DNA of 64,000 nucleotides, from the NCBI RefSeq assembly GCF_013122565.1, contig NZ_CP053258.1. One strand, given 5' to 3'. The notes beneath the pieces were generated by a model that saw only the letters and a program-made list of their open reading frames with translations, did not search any database and was not told the origin of the DNA. This DNA is from Escherichia coli (GTDB lineage: Bacteria > Pseudomonadota > Gammaproteobacteria > Enterobacterales > Enterobacteriaceae). The translations under genes were made by a program, and so were the position numbers. Below are positions 1 to 10,587 of this stretch, piece by piece (the stretch's first letter is position 1; the number at the start of each line of letters is the position of its first letter).

Positions 1-1
1 G

Positions 2-478
2 GTGGCGCAGGCCGGTTCATTCAACATGACCGACATCGTCAACAGCCAGGCGCATGTGTGGAACGTCATCCCGCAATTCTTTGGTTTTATTACCTTTGCC
101 ATCGCGGGCGTGGCGGTGTGTCACCGTCACCCGTTTGACCAGCCGGAAGCCGAGCAGGAACTGGCGGATGGTTACCACATTGAATATTCCGGCATGAAGT
201 TCGGTCTGTTCTTCGTGGGCGAATACATCGGGATTGTGACCATCTCTGCACTGATGGTGACGCTGTTCTTCGGTGGCTGGCAAGGCCCGTTGTTACCGCC
301 ATTCATCTGGTTCGCGCTGAAAACCGCGTTCTTTATGATGATGTTCATTTTGATTCGTGCGTCGTTACCGCGTCCGCGTTATGACCAGGTAATGTCCTTC
401 GGCTGGAAAATCTGCCTGCCGCTGACGCTGATCAACTTGCTGGTAACGGCGGCTGTCATTCTCTGGCAGGCGCAATAA
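2..478 (+). CDS. nuoH: NADH-quinone oxidoreductase subunit H, C-terminal 158 aa (gene starts upstream of window)
   Basis: ORF open to the window edge; hydrophobic membrane-protein translation ending ...AVILWQAQ; directly followed by nuoI; nuo operon synteny. Confidence 0.9.
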
Positions 479-492
479 GGGGCAATAAGACC

Positions 493-1035
493 ATGACCTT
501 AAAAGAATTGTTAGTAGGTTTCGGCACCCAGGTTCGTAGTATCTGGATGATCGGCCTGCACGCGTTCGCCAAACGCGAAACGCGAATGTACCCGGAAGAG
601 CCGGTCTATCTGCCGCCCCGTTATCGTGGTCGTATCGTTCTGACCCGCGACCCGGACGGCGAAGAGCGTTGCGTAGCCTGTAACCTCTGTGCGGTAGCCT
701 GCCCGGTCGGCTGTATCTCGCTGCAAAAAGCAGAAACCAAAGACGGTCGCTGGTATCCGGAATTTTTCCGCATCAACTTCTCACGCTGCATTTTCTGTGG
801 TTTGTGCGAAGAAGCCTGTCCGACCACGGCGATTCAGTTAACCCCGGATTTCGAAATGGGGGAATACAAGCGCCAGGATCTGGTTTACGAGAAAGAGGAT
901 CTGCTGATCTCCGGTCCGGGCAAATACCCGGAGTATAACTTCTACCGGATGGCAGGTATGGCAATCGACGGCAAAGATAAGGGCGAAGCAGAGAACGAAG
1001 CCAAGCCTATCGACGTCAAGAGCCTGTTACCGTAA
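493..1035 (+). CDS. nuoI: NADH-quinone oxidoreductase subunit I (2x[4Fe-4S] ferredoxin-type)
   Basis: Two CxxCxxCxxxCP motifs ([24 protein letters not shown]); 180 aa; synteny. Confidence 0.96.
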
Positions 1036-1046
1036 GGAGAGGGGCA

Positions 1047-1601
1047 ATGGAGTTCGCTTTTTATATCTGTGGCCTGATAGCCATACTTGCGACCTTGCGA
1101 GTGATCACCCATACCAATCCGGTACACGCACTGCTGTACCTGATTATTTCGCTGCTGGCGATTTCCGGGGTGTTCTTCTCACTAGGCGCTTACTTCGCCG
1201 GTGCGCTGGAAATTATCGTCTACGCGGGTGCCATTATGGTGCTGTTCGTGTTCGTGGTGATGATGCTCAACCTGGGCGGTTCAGAAATCGAACAGGAACG
1301 CCAGTGGCTGAAACCGCAGGTGTGGATTGGTCCGGCAATTTTGTCGGCCATCATGCTGGTGGTGATTGTTTACGCCATCCTCGGTGTTAACGATCAGGGT
1401 ATCGACGGTACGCCAATCAGTGCTAAAGCAGTGGGTATTACGCTGTTCGGGCCTTACGTACTGGCGGTGGAACTGGCTTCTATGCTGCTGCTCGCGGGTC
1501 TGGTTGTGGCCTTCCACGTCGGTCGTGAAGAGCGTGCGGGTGAAGTGCTGAGCAATCGTAAAGACGACAGCGCGAAAAGAAAAACGGAGGAGCACGCATG
1601 A
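1047..1601 (+). CDS. nuoJ: NADH-quinone oxidoreductase subunit J
   Basis: 184-aa polytopic membrane protein; RBS GGAGAGGGG before ATG; synteny. Confidence 0.95.
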
Positions 1602-1900
1602 TCCCCTTACAACATGGACTGATCCTCGCGGCAATCTTATTCGTTCTTGGCTTAACCGGTCTGGTTATCCGTCGCAATCTGCTGTTTATGCTGATTGGTC
1701 TGGAAATCATGATTAACGCCTCCGCACTGGCCTTTGTGGTCGCCGGAAGCTACTGGGGTCAGACCGACGGTCAGGTGATGTACATTCTCGCCATCAGCCT
1801 CGCGGCGGCAGAAGCGAGTATCGGCCTTGCGCTGCTGCTGCAACTTCACCGTCGTCGCCAGAACCTGAACATCGATTCAGTAAGTGAGATGCGCGGATGA
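1598..1900 (+). CDS. nuoK: NADH-quinone oxidoreductase subunit K
   Basis: 100-aa, 3-TM protein; 4-nt overlap with nuoJ stop; synteny. Confidence 0.95.
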
Positions 1901-3738
1901 ACATGCTTGCCTTAACCATTATTTTGCCATTGATTGGCTTCGTCCTGCTGGCATTCTCCCGTGGGCGCTGGTCTGAAAACGTCTCGGCGATCGTCGGCGT
2001 AGGCTCTGTGGGCCTGGCGGCGCTGGTAACCGCCTTTATTGGCGTCGACTTCTTCGCTAACGGCGAGCAGGCTTACAGCCAGCCGCTGTGGACGTGGATG
2101 TCAGTAGGCGACTTTAACATCGGTTTTAACCTGGTGCTGGACGGCCTGTCGCTGACCATGCTCTCGGTGGTCACTGGTGTGGGTTTCCTGATCCACATGT
2201 ACGCCTCCTGGTACATGCGCGGTGAAGAGGGCTACTCTCGCTTCTTCGCCTACACCAACCTGTTCATCGCCAGCATGGTAGTTCTGGTGCTTGCCGACAA
2301 CCTGCTGCTGATGTACCTCGGCTGGGAAGGCGTGGGCCTGTGCTCCTATCTGCTGATCGGTTTCTATTACACCGATCCGAAGAATGGCGCAGCGGCAATG
2401 AAAGCGTTCGTCGTGACCCGTGTGGGTGACGTTTTCCTCGCTTTCGCACTGTTCATTCTTTACAACGAACTGGGCACCCTGAACTTCCGCGAAATGGTGG
2501 AACTGGCACCAGCGCACTTTGCTGACGGCAATAACATGCTGATGTGGGCGACGCTGATGCTGCTGGGCGGTGCGGTCGGTAAATCTGCGCAGTTGCCGTT
2601 GCAGACATGGCTTGCCGACGCGATGGCGGGCCCGACGCCTGTCTCCGCGCTGATCCACGCCGCAACGATGGTAACCGCGGGTGTCTACCTGATCGCCCGT
2701 ACCCACGGCCTGTTCCTGATGACGCCGGAAGTTCTGCATCTGGTGGGTATTGTCGGGGCGGTTACGCTGCTGCTGGCCGGTTTTGCCGCGCTGGTACAGA
2801 CCGACATCAAACGTGTTCTCGCTTACTCTACCATGAGCCAGATTGGCTACATGTTCCTCGCGCTTGGCGTGCAGGCATGGGATGCGGCGATTTTCCACTT
2901 GATGACTCACGCGTTCTTTAAAGCGCTGCTGTTCCTGGCATCCGGTTCCGTCATTCTGGCCTGCCATCACGAACAGAACATCTTCAAGATGGGCGGTCTG
3001 CGTAAATCTATTCCGCTGGTTTATCTCTGCTTCCTGGTGGGCGGCGCAGCCCTGTCGGCACTGCCGCTGGTCACTGCGGGCTTCTTCAGTAAGGATGAGA
3101 TCCTCGCGGGTGCGATGGCGAATGGTCATATCAATCTGATGGTGGCAGGTCTGGTCGGTGCGTTTATGACCTCGCTCTACACCTTCCGTATGATTTTCAT
3201 CGTCTTCCACGGAAAAGAACAAATTCACGCTCACGCCGTGAAAGGGATCACCCACAGCCTGCCGCTGATTGTGCTGCTGATCCTTTCCACCTTCGTTGGC
3301 GCACTGATTGTACCGCCGCTGCAGGGCGTGCTTCCGCAAACGACAGAGCTGGCGCACGGCAGCATGTTGACCCTGGAAATTACCTCTGGCGTGGTCGCGG
3401 TGGTCGGCATTCTGCTGGCTGCCTGGCTGTGGCTGGGTAAACGTACTCTGGTGACCTCCATCGCCAACAGTGCGCCGGGCCGTCTGCTGGGCACCTGGTG
3501 GTACAACGCCTGGGGCTTTGACTGGCTGTACGACAAAGTGTTCGTCAAGCCGTTCCTGGGTATTGCCTGGTTGCTGAAACGCGATCCGCTGAACTCAATG
3601 ATGAACATCCCGGCTGTCCTTTCCCGCTTTGCAGGTAAAGGTCTGCTGTTAAGCGAGAACGGCTATCTGCGCTGGTATGTGGCATCCATGAGCATCGGTG
3701 CGGTCGTGGTGCTGGCACTGTTGATGGTACTGCGTTGA
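1897..3738 (+). CDS. nuoL: NADH-quinone oxidoreductase subunit L (antiporter-like)
   Basis: 613-aa membrane protein; 4-nt overlap with nuoK; recognisable NuoL sequence. Confidence 0.96.
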
Positions 3739-3758
3739 GTTGTTGGCTGAGTGAATAT

Positions 3759-3777
3759 ACCCGGCGTTGCGCCGGGT
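3759..3777 (+). other. GC stem-loop in the nuoL-nuoM intergenic spacer
   Basis: aCCCGGCGttgCGCCGGGt perfect inverted repeat, 21 nt after the nuoL stop. Confidence 0.5.
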
Positions 3778-3968
3778 CTGTGAACTAAGAATAAATTTTA
3801 GGTAACTGTTCCTGAAGTACAGGTGTCATCGGCGAAGTCAGACCGGATACCGCCAGCGCACAGCAACCGGAGCGTACTTAAGTACGTGAGGATTGCGAGC
3901 ACTGCCGGGATTCGGGCTGGCGAGTGAGATAGCCTGAGCAGGAGTAAATATAAGGGACATACTTAGCT

Positions 3969-5498
3969 ATGTTATTACCCTGGTTAATACTAATCCCCTT
4001 TATCGGCGGCTTCCTGTGCTGGCAGACCGAACGCTTTGGCGTCAAGGTGCCGCGCTGGATCGCGCTGATCACCATGGGATTGACGCTGGCGCTGTCGCTG
4101 CAACTGTGGTTGCAGGGCGGTTATTCACTGACGCAATCCGCCGGAATTCCGCAGTGGCAGTCTGAATTCGACATGCCGTGGATCCCGCGTTTTGGTATCT
4201 CTATCCATCTCGCCATTGACGGGCTGTCGCTGCTGATGGTCGTGCTGACCGGTCTGCTCGGTGTGCTGGCGGTACTCTGTTCGTGGAAAGAGATCGAAAA
4301 ATATCAGGGCTTCTTCCACCTCAACCTGATGTGGATCCTGGGCGGCGTTATCGGCGTGTTCCTTGCCATCGACATGTTCCTGTTCTTCTTCTTCTGGGAA
4401 ATGATGCTGGTGCCGATGTACTTCCTGATCGCACTGTGGGGGCATAAAGCCTCTGACGGTAAAACGCGTATCACGGCGGCAACCAAGTTCTTCATTTACA
4501 CCCAGGCGAGTGGTCTGGTGATGTTGATCGCCATCCTGGCGCTGGTTTTTGTTCACTACAATGCGACCGGCGTCTGGACCTTCAACTATGAAGAGCTGCT
4601 GAATACGCCAATGTCCAGTGGTGTGGAATATCTGTTGATGCTGGGCTTCTTCATCGCATTTGCGGTGAAAATGCCGGTGGTTCCGCTGCATGGCTGGCTG
4701 CCGGATGCGCACTCACAGGCTCCGACTGCCGGTTCCGTTGACCTCGCGGGGATCTTGCTGAAAACCGCCGCTTACGGTCTGCTGCGTTTCTCCCTACCGC
4801 TGTTCCCGAACGCGTCGGCAGAGTTCGCGCCAATCGCTATGTGGCTGGGTGTTATCGGCATCTTCTACGGTGCGTGGATGGCCTTCGCCCAGACCGATAT
4901 CAAACGTCTGATCGCCTACACCTCGGTTTCCCACATGGGCTTCGTGCTGATAGCTATCTACACCGGCAGCCAGTTGGCCTACCAGGGCGCGGTAATTCAG
5001 ATGATTGCGCACGGCTTGTCGGCGGCGGGTCTGTTTATTCTTTGTGGTCAGCTTTATGAACGTATCCATACCCGCGACATGCGCATGATGGGCGGTCTGT
5101 GGAGCAAGATGAAATGGCTGCCAGCACTGTCGCTGTTCTTTGCGGTGGCAACGCTTGGGATGCCTGGCACCGGTAACTTCGTCGGCGAATTTATGATTCT
5201 GTTCGGCAGCTTCCAGGTTGTCCCGGTGATTACCGTTATCTCTACCTTTGGGCTGGTCTTTGCCTCTGTTTATTCGCTGGCGATGTTGCATCGTGCTTAC
5301 TTCGGTAAAGCGAAAAGCCAGATTGCCAGCCAGGAACTGCCTGGGATGTCGCTGCGTGAGCTGTTTATGATCCTGTTGCTGGTGGTGCTGCTGGTACTGC
5401 TGGGCTTCTATCCGCAGCCGATTCTGGATACCTCGCACTCCGCGATTGGCAATATCCAGCAGTGGTTTGTTAATTCCGTTACTACTACAAGGCCGTAA
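3969..5498 (+). CDS. nuoM: NADH-quinone oxidoreductase subunit M (antiporter-like)
   Basis: 509-aa membrane protein; follows a 230-bp gap after nuoL; synteny. Confidence 0.96.
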   Translation: MLLPWLILIPFIGGFLCWQTERFGVKVPRWIALITMGLTLALSLQLWLQGGYSLTQSAGIPQWQSEFDMPWIPRFGISIHLAIDGLSLLMVVLTGLLGVLAVLCSWKEIEKYQGFFHLNLMWILGGVIGVFLAIDMFLFFFFWEMMLVPMYFLIALWGHKASDGKTRITAATKFFIYTQASGLVMLIAILALVFVHYNATGVWTFNYEELLNTPMSSGVEYLLMLGFFIAFAVKMPVVPLHGWLPDAHSQAPTAGSVDLAGILLKTAAYGLLRFSLPLFPNASAEFAPIAMWLGVIGIFYGAWMAFAQTDIKRLIAYTSVSHMGFVLIAIYTGSQLAYQGAVIQMIAHGLSAAGLFILCGQLYERIHTRDMRMMGGLWSKMKWLPALSLFFAVATLGMPGTGNFVGEFMILFGSFQVVPVITVISTFGLVFASVYSLAMLHRAYFGKAKSQIASQELPGMSLRELFMILLLVVLLVLLGFYPQPILDTSHSAIGNIQQWFVNSVTTTRP

Positions 5499-5504
5499 AT
5501 CGCC

Positions 5505-6962
5505 ATGACAATAACTCCACAAAACCTGATCGCACTGCTACCGTTGCTGATCGTCGGCTTGACGGTGGTGGTTGTGATGCTCTCCATTGCGTGGCGACGC
5601 AATCATTTCCTCAACGCTACGCTCTCGGTTATTGGGCTTAACGCGGCGCTGGTTTCGCTCTGGTTTGTTGGCCAGGCGGGCGCTATGGACGTTACGCCGC
5701 TGATGCGCGTTGATGGTTTCGCCATGCTTTACACCGGGCTGGTATTGTTGGCGAGCCTCGCCACCTGTACTTTCGCCTACCCGTGGCTTGAAGGCTATAA
5801 CGACAACAAGGATGAGTTCTACCTGTTGGTGTTAATTGCCGCGCTGGGCGGGATCCTGCTGGCGAATGCCAACCATCTGGCGTCTCTGTTCCTCGGTATC
5901 GAACTGATCTCTTTGCCGCTGTTTGGCCTGGTCGGTTACGCTTTCCGCCAGAAACGTTCGCTGGAAGCCAGTATCAAATACACTATCCTTTCTGCCGCAG
6001 CGTCTTCTTTCCTGCTGTTCGGTATGGCGCTGGTGTATGCGCAGTCTGGCGACCTGTCGTTTGTCGCGCTGGGTAAAAACCTCGGCGACGGTATGCTCAA
6101 CGAGCCGCTGTTGCTGGCAGGTTTCGGCCTGATGATTGTTGGCCTTGGCTTCAAACTCTCTCTGGTGCCGTTCCACCTGTGGACGCCAGACGTATACCAG
6201 GGCGCGCCTGCGCCGGTTTCCACTTTCCTGGCGACGGCGAGCAAAATCGCTATCTTCGGCGTGGTGATGCGTCTGTTCCTTTACGCTCCGGTGGGTGACA
6301 GTGAAGCGATTCGCGTGGTGCTGGCGATTATCGCCTTTGCCTCTATCATCTTCGGTAACCTGATGGCACTGAGCCAGACCAACATCAAACGTCTGCTCGG
6401 TTACTCATCTATCTCTCACCTCGGCTATCTGCTGGTGGCGCTGATTGCGCTGCAAACGGGCGAGATGTCGATGGAAGCGGTAGGAGTTTACCTGGCCGGT
6501 TATCTGTTCAGCAGCCTCGGCGCGTTCGGCGTGGTCAGCCTGATGTCCAGCCCGTATCGTGGCCCGGATGCTGATTCCCTGTTCTCTTACCGCGGTCTGT
6601 TCTGGCATCGCCCGATCCTCGCGGCGGTGATGACGGTGATGATGCTGTCTCTGGCCGGTATCCCGATGACGCTGGGCTTTATCGGTAAGTTCTACGTGCT
6701 GGCGGTCGGTGTCCAGGCACACTTGTGGTGGCTGGTGGGTGCCGTGGTTGTCGGTTCGGCAATCGGCCTCTACTACTACCTGCGCGTGGCGGTGAGCCTG
6801 TATCTTCACGCCCCGGAACAACCGGGTCGCGATGCACCGTCAAACTGGCAGTACAGCGCGGGCGGTATCGTGGTGCTGATTTCTGCACTGTTGGTACTGG
6901 TGCTGGGTGTATGGCCACAACCGCTGATTAGTATTGTGCGTTTGGCAATGCCGCTGATGTAA
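5505..6962 (+). CDS. nuoN: NADH-quinone oxidoreductase subunit N (antiporter-like)
   Basis: 485-aa membrane protein; last gene of the nuo operon; followed by a hairpin plus T-run. Confidence 0.96.
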
Positions 6963-6983
6963 TCTGTTAGTTTGTAAGTCAGA

Positions 6984-7012
6984 AAGCCGCCGACATGTTC
7001 GGCGGTTTTTTT
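6984..7012. terminator. Rho-independent terminator after nuoN (A-run/hairpin/T7; plausibly bidirectional with convergent yfbM)
   Basis: aaagCCGCCGAcatgtTCGGCGGttttttt read directly; coordinates +/-2. Confidence 0.7.
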
Positions 7013-7027
7013 GGTGCCCTGACACCA

Positions 7028-7531
7028 TCACCCAACAATAACCGTCAGCGCATGATTCCCTTGTTGCAGCATACGTCTGTACGCACTAATCAGCTTTTCC
7101 ATATCGAGCATAATCGAGGCAAAGAGTTGCCCCTCTAACTCTTCTGAAAAGGTCACTCCCGGATAAATCTCCATTTCATTGAGTCGCTTAATGGAAAACT
7201 GTTTACGCAGCACATTCCGGTCAAGTGCCTCCAGACGGTCGATGGTGGCGGCTAACTCCTGATTCCATGTCAATCCCAGGAAACCATCTATGCCATCTTC
7301 GAGGCTGTGTTCACCAAGCACGGCACGACTCAGCGGATCATTCTTCGCGGGATCAAAAGCAGAGGTGCCTGTCAGCCCAAAGTGTAAAAAATCCCAGCGT
7401 TTATCAATATCCAGTCGGCGTAATCCTGAAAGCGTGTCATGTATATTATCCATCAAAGGTTTTTCAGTAGACTCAAGCAGTTGATTAATCTTTTCTGAGT
7501 CAATTTCTGCAAAATAGCCAATCATTCCCAT
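7028..7531 (-). CDS. yfbM: DUF1877-family protein YfbM
   Basis: 167-aa translation MGMIGYFAEIDSEKINQLLE... recognised as YfbM. Confidence 0.85.
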   Translation of the reverse strand: MGMIGYFAEIDSEKINQLLESTEKPLMDNIHDTLSGLRRLDIDKRWDFLHFGLTGTSAFDPAKNDPLSRAVLGEHSLEDGIDGFLGLTWNQELAATIDRLEALDRNVLRKQFSIKRLNEMEIYPGVTFSEELEGQLFASIMLDMEKLISAYRRMLQQGNHALTVIVG

Positions 7532-7633
7532 TTATTTTTCCTCCGTTGAATTTCATGTTTCACATCTTAAAACAGACGAGGGAAAATAAAATGTGCATGT
7601 TGCTTTTTCTGGACCCGCCTCGAGAAATTTTTA

Positions 7634-8605
7634 TTATTTACTGTTGTATAACAAAGTTATAACTCCATCCACTACCTGAGCCATTTTCTGATAATTCAAT
7701 CTGTCTGCGGTATCACCGGGCAAGTGGTATTGTTTATTACGATAAAAAGCGGTGTCAGTAATCATTACGGCGGGAATATCGTGTTGCCAATAATTAAGGT
7801 GATCAGAGAAATCAATACCGGGAATAAACCCTGGGGCATTCATAGAATAAACAGATAAATCCCGGGATGACAACAATGCCGCTTTTACCTGACGAACGGC
7901 GTTGATATCCTGCATTCTGCCGACCACGGCAATAAAGTCTCCCCGATCGGGATAAAGCCAGGACATTGCCGGGTAAGGGTAATTCTGGCTTCCAGGCGCA
8001 GAGTCGTAATAGCCAATCATCTCCAGTGCTATCATTAATTTGACTGGACGCTCAAGCGAAGCTGCATGCACCGCGCTCCCCATTTCATCGCTACGAAAGA
8101 AGGGCGGTTCTTCCGACGCATAGGCGACCAGCTGCACGCCTGTTTTCGGTACTTGCTGATGTAACAAACGTGCCAGTTCGAGTAATCCTGCCACACCGCT
8201 GGCGTTATCATCCGCGCCCGGCGTATAGGTCAATTGATCGTTTTCATAACTGCTGGCAGAGTCATAGTGCGCACCAATAATAATCAGCGGTCCATCGGTA
8301 GGACCATAATCAGCAACAATGTTTTTGTAGGGGCCACCCGTAATGGGGACGTCCAGCGAGGTAACTCTGGCACCGCTACTGACAAAGACCTCTTTTATAT
8401 ACTCTGCGGACCTATTCAGATTATCAATATTGTCGGCACTACGTGGATGCACAGTTTGTGTAAGATAACGAACTGTTTTTTCTAATTGCTCAGGACTTGC
8501 GTGTCGGGGCGTTGACGGTAATGCATTGACCCAAGGTTGGTAAAAAATAATCATAGGGAGTGAAAACACAAATAATACAATAAAAGCAAAGATTATTTTT
8601 TTCAT
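7634..8605 (-). CDS. yfbL: M28-family zinc aminopeptidase-like protein YfbL, N-terminal membrane anchor/signal
   Basis: M28 metal-ligand motifs (GAHYDS, GADDNASG, YASEEPPFF); start set at the ATG (MKKIIF...) two codons inside the track ORF, which begins with TTG. Confidence 0.85.
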   Translation of the reverse strand: MKKIIFAFIVLFVFSLPMIIFYQPWVNALPSTPRHASPEQLEKTVRYLTQTVHPRSADNIDNLNRSAEYIKEVFVSSGARVTSLDVPITGGPYKNIVADYGPTDGPLIIIGAHYDSASSYENDQLTYTPGADDNASGVAGLLELARLLHQQVPKTGVQLVAYASEEPPFFRSDEMGSAVHAASLERPVKLMIALEMIGYYDSAPGSQNYPYPAMSWLYPDRGDFIAVVGRMQDINAVRQVKAALLSSRDLSVYSMNAPGFIPGIDFSDHLNYWQHDIPAVMITDTAFYRNKQYHLPGDTADRLNYQKMAQVVDGVITLLYNSK

Positions 8606-8742
8606 ATGCAAATTATTAATGGGTTGCGTTGTTGAATCATTACTTGCTATGGGTTTCGATATTGTATTTTATTAAGATTAGCAGGATTATACAAAGAGTA
8701 TATTTTATGTCTGGTGCCTGAGTTTATTTAAAAGGATTTTAT

Positions 8743-10470
8743 ATGCGAAATAAAAATATAATCATGTTGCTTATGAGTAGTTTGATTTTGTCAGGATGTG
8801 GGCCGGAACCTGAGAATAAGGAAAGTCAGCAACAACAACCCAGTACTCCCACAGAGCAGCAAGTGCTTGCCGCGCAGCAAGCTGCAATAAAAGAGGCTGA
8901 GCAAAGCGCCGCCGCCGCGAAAGCCTTGGCCCAGCAAGAAGTGCAACAATATTCAGACAAACAGGCTTTACAGGGGCGATTGCAGGAAGCGCCAACATTT
9001 GCAAGAGCGGCTAAAGCAAAAGCTACACATATCGCAAATCCAGGAACCGCTCGCTACCAGCAGTTCGATGATAATCCGGTTAAGCAGGTAGCGCAAAATC
9101 CGTTGGCGACGTTTAGCCTTGACGTCGACACTGGCAGTTATGCGAATGTACGGCGTTTCCTCAATCAAGGGCTGTTACCTCCGCCAGACGCTGTGCGGGT
9201 GGAGGAGATAGTCAATTATTTCCCGTCTGACTGGGATATCAAAGACAAACAATCTATTCCGGCCACTAAGCCAATACCTTTCGCTATGCGCTACGAACTG
9301 GCACCTGCGCCGTGGAATGAACAGCGAACATTGCTGAAAGTTGATATCCTGGCGAAAGATCATAAAAGTGAAGAGTTACCAGCTTCTAATCTGGTCTTTC
9401 TTATCGACACTTCTGGTTCAATGATTTCTGATGAACGTTTGCCACTTATCCAGTCTTCGTTGAAATTATTGGTCAAAGAACTTCGTGAGCAGGATAACAT
9501 TGCCATCGTGACCTACGCTGGCGACACCCGTATTGCGTTGCCTTCTGTCTCCAGTAGTCACAAGGCGGAAATTAATGCCGCAATTGATTCGCTGGATGCC
9601 GAAGGCAGTACCAATGGCGGTGCCGGGCTGGAACTGGCTTATCAGCAGGCGGCGAAGGGGTTTATTAAGGGCGGTATCAATCGCATTTTATTGGCCACTG
9701 ACGGTGACTTTAACGTTGGTATTGACGATCCAAAATCGATTGAATCAATGGTCAAAAAACAGCGGGAGTCCGGTGTTACTCTGTCGACGTTTGGCGTGGG
9801 GGATGACAATTACAACGAGGCAATGATGGTGCGAATTGCCGATGTTGGCAACGGTAACTACAGCTACATTGATACCCTCTCTGAAGCGCAGAAAGTATTG
9901 AACAGTGAAATGCGGCAGACGTTGATTACCGTAGCAAAAGATGTCAAAGCGCAAATTGAGTTTAACCCCGCGTGGGTAACGGAATACCGTCAGATTGGTT
10001 ATGAAAAGCGCCAACTTCGGGCGGAAGATTTTAATAACGACAACGTTGATGCGGGGGATATTGGCGCAGGCAAACATATAACGTTGTTATTTGAATTAAC
10101 GCTGAACGGGCAAAAAGCATCAATTGATAAGTTACGCTATGCCCCGGATAACAAATCAGCGAAATCGGACAAAACGAAAGAACTGGCCTGGTTAAAAATT
10201 CGCTGGAAATACCCGCAGGGAAAAGAAAGTCAGTTAGTTGAACTCCCGCTGGGGCCAACAATAAACGCGCCCTCTGAAGATATGCGTTTTCGCGCAGCAG
10301 TAGCTGCATATGGGCAAAAGTTACGCGGTTCTGAATACCTGAACAATACCTCCTGGCAGCAAATCAAACAGTGGGCTGAGCAGGCAAAAGGGGATGATCC
10401 ACAGGGTTACAGGGCGGAATTTATTCGCTTGATTGAACTGGCGGATGGTGTGACTGACATCGGTCAGTGA
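8743..10470 (+). CDS. yfbK: von Willebrand factor A-domain lipoprotein YfbK
   Basis: Lipobox LSGC after signal peptide; Gln/Ala-rich linker; MIDAS motif DTSGS (LVFLIDTSGSM); 575 aa. Confidence 0.85.
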   Translation: MRNKNIIMLLMSSLILSGCGPEPENKESQQQQPSTPTEQQVLAAQQAAIKEAEQSAAAAKALAQQEVQQYSDKQALQGRLQEAPTFARAAKAKATHIANPGTARYQQFDDNPVKQVAQNPLATFSLDVDTGSYANVRRFLNQGLLPPPDAVRVEEIVNYFPSDWDIKDKQSIPATKPIPFAMRYELAPAPWNEQRTLLKVDILAKDHKSEELPASNLVFLIDTSGSMISDERLPLIQSSLKLLVKELREQDNIAIVTYAGDTRIALPSVSSSHKAEINAAIDSLDAEGSTNGGAGLELAYQQAAKGFIKGGINRILLATDGDFNVGIDDPKSIESMVKKQRESGVTLSTFGVGDDNYNEAMMVRIADVGNGNYSYIDTLSEAQKVLNSEMRQTLITVAKDVKAQIEFNPAWVTEYRQIGYEKRQLRAEDFNNDNVDAGDIGAGKHITLLFELTLNGQKASIDKLRYAPDNKSAKSDKTKELAWLKIRWKYPQGKESQLVELPLGPTINAPSEDMRFRAAVAAYGQKLRGSEYLNNTSWQQIKQWAEQAKGDDPQGYRAEFIRLIELADGVTDIGQ

Positions 10471-10490
10471 TGACTTTTTAGCAAACTATG

Positions 10491-10524
10491 TTCGACCAGT
10501 CAGCATATTTGCTGACTGGTCGAA
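10491..10524. terminator. Perfect 14-bp inverted repeat between convergent yfbK and elaD (bidirectional terminator candidate)
   Basis: TTCGACCAGTCAGCatatttGCTGACTGGTCGAA. Confidence 0.65.
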
Positions 10525-10587
10525 TTGACTAACAATGATGTTAACTTACTCTTTTTCCTGATGCTCTATTTTGGGGTTGTGAGTGTT

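Noticed and set aside
2101-3357. 418-aa minus-strand ORF inside nuoL
   Set aside because: Antisense shadow of a conserved gene; R/H/Q-rich low-complexity translation with no recognisable domain and no RBS.
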